Source: Macrostomum lignano
Taxonomy: Eukaryota
Assembly: GCA_002269645.1 (NCBI GenBank)
Contig: NIVC01000916.1
Location: 186,001-250,000, forward strand
Length of the DNA stretch: 64,000 nt
Direction of reading: 5' to 3'
The position numbers and the translations under genes were made by a program. Positions within the stretch are counted from its first letter, which is position 1, and each line of letters opens with the position of its first letter. The notes below the pieces were generated by a model that ran no database searches, was not told where the DNA came from, and worked only from the letters and a program-made list of their open reading frames with translations. Below are positions 11,013 through 23,632 of the stretch, one piece after another.

Positions 11013-12884
11013 ATCTTAACTTTGAGCTAATATGACAGCTTGTAACTTTGCATAACTCTCTGGACTTCAATGCCACAAATTGAAATCTAGTGACGATTGG
11101 AATAGACATTTTTCTGTTTTCTCGAGGGGGGGGGGTCATGACCACCCCTAACTTTCTCGGGGGGGGGGGGGTGTCAGCCATCTCCCTTCAACTCCATATC
11201 AGCCAGTGTTATAGATAGTTAGGGGTGGCTGAATATTTCGCCGCAGCGATAGCGGGAGCCACAAAGATCGCGGGCGTGTTTCAGAATTCATTAGCAGCCC
11301 GGGAGCTTCCGGTCCTCCGATAGCAATTTCCGGTTGGTTTCATGTCAGTCAAGTCTGGCTCGAGTTTCTTCGAAAATGAAGTTTTTTTCTCACCAGACTG
11401 CGCCTGTCCCACTTACGGACCAAGCCAAGCGGTCCCGCTTCCTCTGCAGAAATTGCTGAGTGATGGTAACTGAGAGAAAGAGGATGGAGGGAGGGAGGTG
11501 GGAGCCCAGCCAGATCAAATATCGGCGGTCACGGCAGTGTCTGACTTTAGACTGGGACTTTAGGGGCCAGACATTGCTGCATGTCCTTAGCTTGCTCGGG
11601 CAGTTTGCAAACGAGATGATGAGAAGTAGAGTAGAGATAGTGAGAAGAGTAGAAATATGAGTAGTTAAAATTAGATTAGGTCGGCAATAGAGTGGCTGAG
11701 AAGTAGAGTGCTAGGGAAGTAGAGTGGGTGAGAAGTAGAGTCATATAGATTAGGTAATCCTGAGACAGGTAACTCAGTTGTCTATCTAGGTGTTGACTCA
11801 TCCAGAGTTGTTAGAAAAGCTGCTGTCGTGAGAGAACAGGTTCTGAACATAAATTTTCAGCGGTCTCTCCCCTGCGGAGGACCCTTTTGGTGAGTTTCCC
11901 ACAGCCCAGGGCCAAAGTGTTTGGAAATGCGCGGATGAACTTGCGGCAGGGCGTGGGACTGCGAGGAGCTGCGCGAGTGGCAAAGGTTTGGCGGCCCCAT
12001 CCTCCGTCGCGCACCTGGCCCCGTCCCCTGGCCCGGCCCCCCGCGCCTGCATTATGCATGGAACTCCGTCGCGGAACTCCGACAGTCGCATATTTCTCCC
12101 ATCGCAAGCAGGATGCAAAGGGAGGGAAGCAGGTGCAGGTGGGCTGTTAAGCGGGATTCCAAAATCCCGATTTTACCCCGGTGTTTCATTCACTCCCCTC
12201 TCTCCCACTCACTCACTCTCTCTCTCTCTCTCTCTCTCCTCACATCGTGCCGAGTGTGATGGGAAGCAAGCAAAGTGCCAGCTGGTGCCTCCATGCCTGA
12301 CCTTCCCTTCTCTACCCCCCTTGCGTACGCCGGGGCCAGGGACTGCTTGCTAGCAAGTGTCTGGAGTGGAAACTGGTCTCGTCTGAAGCACACGCAGCAT
12401 CATGAAACGATTATTATAGTTATAGTTGTTTTATAAATTTCTAGAAGAACTTCAAGAAGTCTTTTGTTGTGTGACAGTTATAACATAGATGCGCAATTCA
12501 ATTTACAAGCTAATTTACAATTGCATTCACTTTTTGAGGTAAGAGAGGAACACTTCCGCTCCAGATTCTGTATTCTAAACTCCATGGCCCGCCCGCCCTG
12601 GCCGCAATCGGCATCCGGAGTGCAGGAAATTGCCAAGCACTGGCTGGGCTGCAGCCCCCCCCAACCGGCATTGGCTGGCCTAGGCCCAACCCCCCTCCCT
12701 CCCTTTCACTTCGGGCATAAAGGAAGGCCTCACCATCCCAGTTCAGCCGTCCTTGACTCTCTGCCTTCCTGCACCCTCTGACCGTCTCTCGCGCTAGCTA
12801 AGTCTCCCAGATCCCACTCTCCTTCACTCTACTTTACTCCACTTTCCCAAGGTTCAACAAAGCCAGCAACAGCAGAGGATCGAC

Positions 12885-13346
12885 ATGGACGCCGAGTACA
12901 CCGATCTTCCAGCCTCCGGATCTGCATCACTGACTGTGAAACCCGGCACTGCGCCAAACTGCTGCCAGTCCGAGAACTTCAACGGAGCCGATTTTGCCAG
13001 CGAGCAGGAGATGTTCGACGTTGTGGCGAGCTTTGAGCAGCTGCACCAGTCCATCCCGTGGCTGTCCAAGGCTGGCGTCAGTTCCGAGTGCCACCGCGGC
13101 CAGCTGCAGATCCTTCAGGCCGCCATCGATTACATCATCGACTTGGAGGAGCAGCTCACCGACCAGCTGACCGGGGACTTCTACCGCGCCGCCCTGCAGC
13201 AGTCCTTCGCCGCCGCGGCTGCCGCTGCCTCTGTCAGACGGCCGTTTGCCGATGTCAACTCGGCGACAAATGCGGAGACGCCAGCCCAGCAACAGATGAT
13301 CCTGTTGAATGTGAGTGCACCACTGGAGCCACTGCTGGGCAGTTAG
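12885..13346 (+). CDS. emc: Id/extramacrochaetae-like HLH protein lacking a basic region (153 aa, intronless)
   Basis: Helix 1 SFEQLHQSIP and helix 2 LQILQAAIDYIIDLEEQL match the HLH pattern; the upstream segment is acidic, not basic; ATG start and GC-rich codon usage. Confidence 0.68.
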   Translation: MDAEYTDLPASGSASLTVKPGTAPNCCQSENFNGADFASEQEMFDVVASFEQLHQSIPWLSKAGVSSECHRGQLQILQAAIDYIIDLEEQLTDQLTGDFYRAALQQSFAAAAAAASVRRPFADVNSATNAETPAQQQMILLNVSAPLEPLLGS

Positions 13347-13398
13347 GGTGTTGGGAGAAATCTCCCTGGGTCACTAAAACAAATGTGCTGTAGTGAGA

Positions 13399-14118
13399 AG
13401 CCGCCACTGACCCAAACAGTCCTTCAGTGAGAGGCCGCCACTGTCCCAAACAGTCCTTCAGTGAGAGGCCGCCACTGTCCCAAACGGTCCTTCAGTGAGA
13501 GGCTGCCACTGTCCCAAACGGTCCTTCAGTGAGAGGCTGCCACTGTCCCAAACGGTCCTTCAGTGAGAGGCTGCCACTGTCCCAAACAGTCCTTCAGTGA
13601 GAAGCCGCCACTGTCCCAAACAGTCCTTCAGTGAGAGGCTGCCACTGTCCCAAACAGTCCTTCAGTGAGAAGCCGCCACTGACCCAAACAGTCCTTCAGT
13701 GAGAGGCTGCCACTGTCCCAAACGGTCCTTCAGTGAGAGGCTGCCACTGTCCCAAACAGTCCTTCAGTGAGAAGCCGCCACTGTCCCAAACAGTCCTTCA
13801 GTGAGAGGCTGCCACTGTCCCAAACAGTCCTTCAGTGAGAGGCTGCCACTGTCCCAAACAGTCCTTCAGTGAGAGACTGCCACTGTCCCAAACGGTCCTT
13901 CAGTGAGAGGCTGCCACTGACCCAAACAGTCCTTCAGTGAGAGGCTGCCACTGTCCCAAACAGTCCTTCAGTGAGAGGCCGCCACTGTCCCAAACGGTCC
14001 TTCAGTGAGAGGCTGCCACTGTCCCAAACAGTCCTTCAGTGAGAGGCCGCCACTGTCCCAAACGGCCCTTCAGTGAGAAGCCGCCACTGACCCAAACGGT
14101 CCTTCAATGAGAGGCCGC
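13399..14118. repeat. 35-bp minisatellite (GCCGCCACTGTCCCAAACAGTCCTTCAGTGAGAGG), ~20 copies
   Basis: Tandem array starting ~50 nt after the HLH stop codon. Confidence 0.97.
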
Positions 14119-14484
14119 CTGCTCTACAGAAAGACCTAAAAACAGTGAGATGAACGACAAATAAAGGTGCATACAATAAATTTTTCCCACAGTCACACCG
14201 ATCAGCGGCAGCAGCAGCGGCGGCTTTTAGCGGCACCTTTTCTGGCGAGTTCGTTCGAAAATCTGACTGACTTCCTTGTGCTTCAAACTGCTTCACTTCA
14301 TGCTCCTGCGCAGTGAGCATCTGATGACGGACCTGCTGGGAGTTTGAGCTGGTCATTTCATCAAGTTTTATTTTCTATCTGTGAGTTAATGATAAATTAA
14401 TGCCTTATTGGTACTCAAATTTAATTAAATAAGATTAGTAAAGTAACCGGTAGAACGTGGGTTTAATAAGTGCCACCTGGGTCT

Positions 14485-14660
14485 AACAGGGAAACCGGGG
14501 TCCAAGTCCAACTAGTGAAACCGGGGTCTAACAGGTGAAAACTGGGGTCTAACAGGTGAAAACCGGGGTCTAAAAGGTGAAACCGGGGTCTTAACAGGTG
14601 AAGCCGGGGTTTAACAGGGGAAACCGGGGTCTAACAGGTGAAAAGGGGTATAACCTGTAG
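14485..14660. repeat. Degenerate ~20-bp tandem repeat (AACCGGGGTCTAACAGGTGA)
   Basis: About 8 imperfect copies. Confidence 0.85.
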
Positions 14661-15333
14661 AACTGGTTTGAACCTGGATCTTGAAACGTGTAGTGACTCA
14701 CATAGACACAATGAACTTGTGCTTAAAGCATATTTTTATATTTACTTTTTTTCCTCACTAATTCCTTTTCAGAATTCTCCAATTTGAGCAAAGTGTGCCG
14801 CCAGGGAGTCTGCAGAGTTGATCCTCATCAAGTTGTGAACTGTTCGGAGAACTGATAAAGTTCATTTCGTACTTATTGTGTAAAAAATATGAATTCAATA
14901 TTCTTATTGAACATTAATTGCCATTTTGTTGTGAATAAGTGCAGATAAAAAAAGCTAGATTACCTATTAGTTGTATAAAACTCAGTGTTAATTTCATCCT
15001 GTGTGAATGAGTTTCAAGATAATGACTCATAAATATAACATAACCAATTACGTCTGTTTTTACATAAGTGACAAGTTAAATGGTTCAGAAATATTTCCTT
15101 TAAAAGTTCGAAGTTTAAAGTGAACAATAATTTCACTCAGCTTTCTTTTCCTGCATAAAACAGGGTGCCCTGGGTCGGTGCTGTCAGACTGGGGTCACTT
15201 CAGGTGCATTCTTCCTCACAGAGCCTTCCTTGGTAGCTGGCAAGACTGATTGATTGATTGACACGTCGCGGGTTAGGGATGGACTTGCTGCCTTCTAGGT
15301 AACTCAGGGGGTCGCGGGGGACAAATTAGAGGT

Positions 15334-15664
15334 ACAGACTGCGGAGGGTGAGAGGGACAGACTGCGGAGGGTGAGAGGGACAGACTGCGGAGGGTGAGAG
15401 AGACAGACTGCGGAGGGTGAGAGAGACAGACTGCGGAGGGTGAGAGAGACAGACTGCGGAGGGTGAGAGGGACAGACTGCGGAGGGTGAGAGAGACAGAC
15501 TGGTGAGAGTGAGAGAGACAGACTGGTGAGAGTGAGAGGGACAGACTGGTGAGAGTGAGAGAGACAGACTGCGGAGAGTGAGAGGGACAGACTGCGGAGG
15601 GTGAGAGGGACAGACTGCGGAGGGTGAGAGAGACAGACTGCGGAGGGTGAGAGGGACAGACTGC
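15334..15664. repeat. 23-bp minisatellite (ACAGACTGCGGAGGGTGAGAGGG)
   Basis: About 14 tandem copies. Confidence 0.95.
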
Positions 15665-16182
15665 TTAGACGGAGAGCAGACGTGAAGTCAAATACTTGAG
15701 AATAGCATTCGATGACTCACTGCTGCTTGTGATATGTATAAATTCATAGCTCGCGAATAAACTAGACCAAAATACGGTTGGTAAACAATGTACAGTGCTT
15801 GGACACTTGTTCTCGTATTAATTCATAATGATGCGCTAAACTTTAGCATCTACACAGAGTGGAAACTGCAGCTAATGATTAGTTGCCATGTGAAACAGGG
15901 AATCGATTGTAAATAACCACAATTCCATTCAATTTACTAGCTGTTACTTCGATTGCAAAGGAAAATGACTCGGGCTAATTAGAGGGAAAACTAATGCATC
16001 ATAATTGCACCTGCTTGGGTCTTACTCAATTCATTGGCGCTTTGGGTTGCGACTGCGGATGAATGACGGGGTTCCTCTGCCCAGAACAAAGAGACGCCTA
16101 GAAAATTGTTGTTAGGCAAACTGGAAATGCCCCATAGCTATATGCAATATGAAAGGTCTGGCACTCGAGACTCGCATGCCTC

Positions 16183-16718
16183 TGAGACTTGTCCCCCCCG
16201 ACATTTGCCCCCCCCCGAGACTCCCCCCCGAGACTTGCCCCCCGAGACTTGCCCCCCGAGACTTGCCCCCCGAGACTTGCCCCCCGAGACTTGCCCCCCG
16301 AGACTTGCCCCCCGAGACTTGCCCCCCGAGACTTGCCCCCCGAGACTTGCCCCCCACCGAGACTTGCCCCCGAGACTTGCCCCCGAGACTTGCCCCCCGA
16401 GACTTGCCCCCGAGACTTGCCCCCGAGACTTGCCCCCCCGAGACTTGCCCCCGAGACTTGCCCCCCGAGACTTGCCCCCCGAGACTTGCCCCCCGAGACT
16501 TGCCCCCCCCGAGACTTGCCCCCCGAGACTTGCCCCCCCCCCGAGACTTGCCCCCCCCCGAGACTTGCCCCCCCTAGACTTGCCCCCTCTCCGAGACCTC
16601 CCCCCGAGACTTGCCCCCCTAGACTTGCCCCTCTCCGAGACCTCCCCCCGAGACTTGCCCCCCTAGACTTGCCCCCTCTCCGAGACCCCCCCCCGAGACT
16701 TGCCCCCCCGCCCCCCGA
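16183..16718. repeat. C-rich ~14-15-bp minisatellite (CCCGAGACTTGCCC+)
   Basis: Tandem array with variable C-run lengths; G-rich on the minus strand. Confidence 0.95.
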
Positions 16719-18002
16719 GTACAGGCGCTGTCAGTCAGAGTACATCTGAACCCTGGCTCATCTCAACTGACGAAGCGAATCGGGACCCCCTGACACGCAG
16801 GTGAGAGATAATTAGAGGAAGATGAAGCAGATCCGGTATTCAGTAAAGCTGCTTAGCGTTTTCCCCTGGGCCCCACAACAAGCCCAGCAAGATTGAAGAG
16901 ATTCAGACTCGCAGCTGCAATGAAAACAGATCAGACAGAGCTCGCGGACACCTGCGCTCCCAGCGGACCAGCGGCCCTTCAAGGAGGCCCAGAACGGCAG
17001 CCTGGAGCAGCAAGTCTTCATCAGAACTGCAGCATCTTCAGAAGAGATTATGTTTGAAATTTGATTAATCCCATCAAAACTCAAGCTTGAGTGAACTCAT
17101 TTTAACAAGCTCAAAGTCTCACTATAAAGCTGCATAAAATCTCAGCAATCCTGATGAGGAGTTGCTATGCTCCAGGCTCTATCAAAATGGTCTCCTTGGC
17201 TCAGGCAAAAGCCAAGCAGAGCCTCAAGCAAAGTTTCTCGATAAGCCCGCGCAGGTGCGCACCCCCACCCCCCTTCCCGGGTCCGCATCGCAACTGGGCC
17301 CGAGGCGGAGAATTTCCCATGGGCGGCAGGCATCGGCTTTCCCATGGTGCCAGTTGGGGATGGCAAAGCCCCACGGCAACTGCCGCCACCCGGAGACCCC
17401 CCTCTGAGACGCCGCGTGAGAAAATGTGAGAAGCATAAAATGCTTTTTTTCTTTCTCCTCCTGCTGATGCTTGGCTGGGCTGGGGCTGGCGGGGTCCTGT
17501 GAGAAACTGGAGACCCCGGGGGGCCTCCGCCTGCGTCCTCGCCTCCACCTGTTGCCAAATTTGTGTCAGCGACAGGTAGGGTGTTAGGGGAGAATTTTCC
17601 TCCAAAACGTTGTTTTAGAACACGTGGCCGGCTAAAATTTTGTCCAGCATCTCCAGCTGCAGCAGTTGGGGCAGTCTTTGTCTGAATCGCACCTGCCCGC
17701 CCTCCCTGCCTCTCTCACTCGCCTCCATCTCCTCCGAGGCTTGGTGAAAAGTTGCGCGCTGTTCCGCACCTGTTCGGGCTATTCCTCTTGGCGGCCATTT
17801 TCTCAAGGTCTTCAAACACTCGCTTAGCAGCGGCAGGGGCCGACACGCTGCTAGTTGCTGGCCGCGCCACGTGTGCTCCTGTGTGAGCGGAAGCGAGGTG
17901 GCGTGTTTGAACTGATGGAGCCCATTGCCGCTTTTTGCCTTTGCAAATAGCTGGGCCCAAAATTGGCTGTTCGCATTGCTATATAGCTTTTGTTGGGGTG
18001 TT

Positions 18003-18606
18003 TCACAATCCCCACAGCTTCACAATCCCCATAGCTTCACAATCCCCACAGCTTCACAATTCCCCCAGCTTCACAATTTATACAGCTTCACAATCCCCAT
18101 AGCTTCACAATCCCCACAGCTTCACAATTCCCCCAGCTTCACAATTCCCCCAGCTTCACAATTCCCCCAGCTTCACAATTCTCCCAGCTTCACAATTCCC
18201 CCAGCTTCACAATTCCCACAGCTTCACAATCCCCACAGCTTCACAATTCCCACAGCTTCACAATTCTCCCAGCTTCACAATTCCCACAGCTTCACAATTC
18301 CCACAGCTTCACAATCCCCACAGCTTCACAATCCCCACAGCTTCACAATTCCCACAGCTTCACAATCCCCACAGCTTCACAATTCCCACAGCTTCACAAT
18401 TCCCCCAGCTTCACAATTCCCCACAGCTTCACAATTCCCACAGCTTCACAATCCCTACAGCTTTACAATTCCCACAGCTTCACAATCCCCACAGCTTCAC
18501 AATCCCCACAGCTTCACAATTCCCACAGCTTCACAATTCCCACAGCTTCACAATCCCCACAGATTCACATTCCCCACAGCTTCACAATCCCCACAGCTTC
18601 ATAATA
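18003..18606. repeat. ~17-bp minisatellite (CACAATTCCCCCAGCTT)
   Basis: Tandem array. Confidence 0.95.
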
Positions 18607-19077
18607 TTCCCAAATTTTCGATAGCAGCGAAAATCACCTCAACTAGCATGAGTCATCATTGCGCCGGGACTTGAATTGAATTTTTTATTGCCAGCATGAC
18701 TGATGCAGTGTTGCGGAGTGCAGTGTTGCGAGTGAACTTGCAAACCGCGGCTTCAAAAGCTTTCGAGGTAAGCATCTACTTGTTCCAGCTGTTGCCAAGC
18801 CGAAAATGGTTAATGAAGGAAGGCAGAAAAATGACAAAAAATGACTGCTTGTAACGAGAAACAAAGACTTACCCGACAGGACAAAGACTCGATGTGGCTT
18901 CTGCATCCGTCTTGTGCAGGTGGGTACTTGAAAATCCTATGTTTACAAGAACGAACGTAGATACGAGGTTATGGACAGACACTTGATGCACTCATTAGCT
19001 TCAGCTTGGAGATTGAATCATTTGCCAAGCAGCTTCTGCCAGAGGCTCGAAAATTTTATTAACTTAATTGGGCTTAA

Positions 19078-19830
19078 AGCAGAGGACACAAGAGACAGTT
19101 GGGGCTAGCAGAGGACACAAGAGACAGTTGAGGCTAGCAGGGGACACAAGAGAGACAGTTTGGACTAACAGAGGACACAAGAGACAGTTGAGGCTAGCAG
19201 GGGACACAAGAGAGACAGTTTGGACTAACAGAGGACACAAGAGACAGTTGAGGCTAGCAGGGGACACAAGAGAGACAGTTTGGACTAACAGAGGACACAA
19301 GAGACAGTTGAGGCTAGCAGGGGACACAAGAGAGACAGTTTGGACTAACAGAGGACACAAGAGACAGTTGAGGCTAGCAGGGGACACAAGAGAGACAGTT
19401 TGGACTAGCAGAGGACACAAGAGACAGTTGAGGCTAGCAGGGGACACAAGAGAGACAGTTTGGACTAGCAGAGGACACAAGTGAGACAGTTGGGGTTAGG
19501 GCTAGCAGAGGACACAAGATAGACAGTTAGGGCTAGCAGAGGACACAAGATAGACAGTTAGGGCTAGCAGAGGACACAAGAGAGACAGTTAGGGCTAGCA
19601 GAGGACACAAGTGAGACAGTTGGGGTTAGGGCTAGCAGAGGACACAAGATAGACAGTTAGGGCTAGCAGAGGACACAAGATAGACAGTTAGGGCTAGCAG
19701 AGGACACAAGAGAGACAGTTAGGGCTAGCAGAGGACACAAGAGAGACAGTTAGGGCTAGCAGAGGACACAAGAGACAGTTAGGGCTAGCAGAGGACACAA
19801 GATAGACAGTTAGGGCTAGCAGAGGACACA
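19078..19830. repeat. ~30-bp minisatellite organised as a 60-bp dimer in its left part (GCTAGCAGAGGACACAAGAGACAGTT...)
   Basis: Tandem array; 20-aa periodicity in the spurious ORFs. Confidence 0.95.
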
Positions 19831-20363
19831 GGACAGACATACATTTTCAGCCCATCGGTGAGTTACAATTTTACCAACCTTGCGACAATCGGAAGCGCAC
19901 GGAGAAATTCGATCATGTTTTTGCTGGCCTCCTCTGCAGGCGCACCAGGTTGTGCGAGAAGCAGCTGCAACCAAAATCTGAGCCTTTGAAGTAGCGAAGC
20001 ACTGCTTTGCTTCAGCAGAGGAGAGCGCAGCTGCTTGCTTGCTGTCGACTGCCGAGAAAAAAATTCTTCACAAAAATATCCGCGCGAGACTTTTATTCAA
20101 TTAAACAAAATAAACTGAAGTCAATGGGCTGCAGACACTGTCTTGCGCTGGCTAACTGAATATTTTTGCCAGACTAGAATAAACCGAGTGGCCTGAGATA
20201 CCAAAATGCAGCTGTCGATCTGTCGCTGCAGTTGGTCTGTCAAGAAATCCGCCTGTTACAAAACTTTGGAATCGTTGCTTCTTGGTATGCGGAGCCCAGC
20301 TGGCCTGCCCGAGTTCAGTGGCTCCGTATGGTAAAACTCATTGGGAGTGGCAACTGTACCACC

Positions 20364-20415
20364 ACACACAGACAGACAGACAGACAGACACACAGACAGA
20401 CAGACAGACAGACAC

Positions 20416-20466
<51 letters not shown>

Positions 20467-20467
20467 C

Positions 20468-20498
<31 letters not shown>

Positions 20499-20531
20499 CA
20501 CAGACAGACAGACAGACACACAGACAGACAC

Positions 20532-20598
<67 letters not shown>

Positions 20599-20641
20599 CA
20601 CAGACAGACAGACAGACAGACACACAGACAGACAGACAGGC

Positions 20642-20716
<75 letters not shown>

Positions 20717-20731
20717 TAGACAGACAGACAC

Positions 20732-20766
<35 letters not shown>

Positions 20767-20883
20767 CACAGACAAACAGACAGACAGACAGACACACAGA
20801 CAGACAGACACACAGACAGACAGACAGACACACAGACAGACAGACAGACACACAGACAGACAGACAGACACACAGACAGACAC

Positions 20884-20934
<51 letters not shown>

Positions 20935-20959
20935 CACAGACAGACAGACAGACAGACAC

Positions 20960-21028
<69 letters not shown>

Positions 21029-21043
21029 TAGACAGACAGACAC

Positions 21044-21078
<35 letters not shown>

Positions 21079-21195
21079 CACAGACAGACAGACAGACAGA
21101 CAGACACACAGACAGACAGACACACAGACAGACAGACAGACACACAGACAGACAGACAGACACACAGACAGACAGACAGACACACAGACAGACAC

Positions 21196-21238
<43 letters not shown>

Positions 21239-21291
21239 CACAGACAGACAGACAGACACACAGACAGACAGACAGACACACAGACAGACAC

Positions 21292-21330
<39 letters not shown>

Positions 21331-21359
21331 CACAGACAGACAGACAGACAGACAGACAC

Positions 21360-21398
<39 letters not shown>

Positions 21399-21419
21399 CA
21401 CAGACAGACAGACAGACAC

Positions 21420-21505
<86 letters not shown>
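20364..21505. repeat. (CAGA)n microsatellite with CACA interruptions, ~1.14 kb
   Basis: Direct. Confidence 0.98.
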
Positions 21506-22051
21506 GGTCCCTAATGAGGCACACAAGCAAGGTCAGCTGCATTCAGCGGCAGGCAGATTAATCAAATGCAATGAATGCTGCAGGAGGCCCAAAGCTCAGA
21601 GGGGGGATTACTACAGGAAACCGCTGGATCGGATTGCGGTGTCAGTAGAGAAAGAGCGAATCGGTAGAGCAGCAAGTCAAGATTTGAGCAAACAGCCGGT
21701 CCGTCTCGCGCCCGAGGACACGAGGATTATTAAATTCTGCGCTCTGGGATTATCGCGATCGAATTTGAGTAGGGCGACGTGAGTCACCCCCCCCCCCGAT
21801 GCTTAGCCATGTCCTGGGCAATATCGGAGAGATCGGTAGAGCTGAAAGATATTAATTGCGACTCTCAGCTCCCCAACGACTGCAGCCCTGATTGCAAAAA
21901 AAATACGCTAAACTGATTAGGATAAGAATTACAAGACTGAAGTGGGCGGACTGGTGACAGGGCAGGATTTTATATTTCATATTTCATATTTCATATACCA
22001 TATTTAAGAATCCATTTGGAGAGTTGGAGCATCATAACTGAAAATGACGCC

Positions 22052-22705
22052 GTGTTTGAGAATCGGAGTGCCACATTTGAGAACCGGAGTGCCACATTTG
22101 AGAACTGGAGTGCCATGTTTGAGAATCGGAGTGCCACATTTGAGAATCGGAGTGCCATGTTTGAGAATCATAGTGCCACATTTGAGAACCGGAGTGCCAT
22201 GTTTGAGAATCAAAGTGCCACATTTGAGAATCGGAGTGCCATATTTGAGAATCGGAGTGCCGTGTTTGAGAATCGGAGTGCCGTGTTTGAGAATCGGAGT
22301 GCCACATTTGAGTTTCGGAGTGCCACATTTGAGAATCGGAGTGCCACATTTGAGTTTCGGAGTGCCACATTTGAGAACCGGAGTGCCACATTTGAGAATC
22401 GGAGTGCCACATTTGAGTTTCGGAGTGCCACATTTGAGAATCGGAGTGCCACATTTGAGAATCGGAGTGCCACATTTGAGAATCGGAGTGCCATATTTGA
22501 GAATGGGAGTGCCATGTTTGAGCATCTATGTTTGAGAATCGGAGTGCCATGTTTGAGAATCGGAGTGCCATGTTTGAGCATCTATGTTTGAGAATCGGAG
22601 TGCCATGTTTGAGAATCGGAGTGCCATGTTTGAGCATCTATGTTTGAGAATCGGAGTGCCATGTTTGAGAATCGGAGTGCCATGTTTGAGCATCTATGTT
22701 TGAGA
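22052..22705. repeat. 21-bp minisatellite (GAGAATCGGAGTGCCACATTT)
   Basis: Tandem array. Confidence 0.96.
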
Positions 22706-23632
22706 AAGGTGCTATGCCTATTTTTTAAGTTAATTTTTCACTAAATCTGCTTCAGTAGGTGAAAATTTTCACTTAAACGCCAAAAACCGAGCCGGCAAAG
22801 AGGGCCAAAGCGGAGTCTCTTTGAAGAATTCTCGCGCAAAGGGAACTGAGCATGGACCGGTAAATTTAAAAACGACACGGGGGATTTATGTGCACCTGGG
22901 AACCATTTTTTTGTTTTTTTGATAAGAGAATATGAGATTTTCGGCCCGAGATTAATGCAGAGTGGGAAAATGGCGAGGGGATTACTGAACTCTTCGCCCA
23001 TGGGATCCCTGCGCCCCAGCACAGGGCCGTAGCCAGAGGAGAAGGGAGCCCCCCCCCTCACAACAGGTTTGGCTTTGGCACCCTGTTCCCCAAATTTTGG
23101 GGGCTAAATGTACTTTGGCTGTAGCGCCACTGGTGCTAGGCGCAACCCCCCCCCCCCCCAAGTAGGGAGCCACCGAGCCCGCGCACCGCCCCCTCACTCT
23201 CAGAGACTCAGAGGCTCTTCTCCTCTTCTCAACAGGATTTCTGCTCCGGTCTTTGCTTCTCCTGCTGCAGCCCCAAGGCGGGGTCTCGGGGGAATTCGGG
23301 GCCGATCGGGGAGGCGGGCATTCGATGATCAATTTGCCTTGGTCTGGGAGGCCGGCATCCGGGAGATTGATTTTCATGACTCTTGGCCATCGATCGCCGA
23401 GGCTCGCTGGGCCTCTCGCTGCTAGAAAAGGGATTGAAGAAGTCGCGCAGCTTTGGCAGAAAAAATCCAATACAGGATCAGGAGAAGTCAACAAAATAGA
23501 GGATTAAAATGTCGATTGTTAGTACTGACTACTTTTGTAGAGTCTGTGAGTAGTATGATGCGGAATCAGCTTAACTGATTTTACTATTTATTTCTAATTT
23601 ATTTAAAGAATTCGTGAAATTAGCATTCATTT

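Noticed and set aside
16811-17900. GC-rich short ORFs (e.g. an RRPRTA homeodomain-like fragment, 17142-17815 ORFs)
   Set aside because: No convincing domain motif or coherent exon chain.
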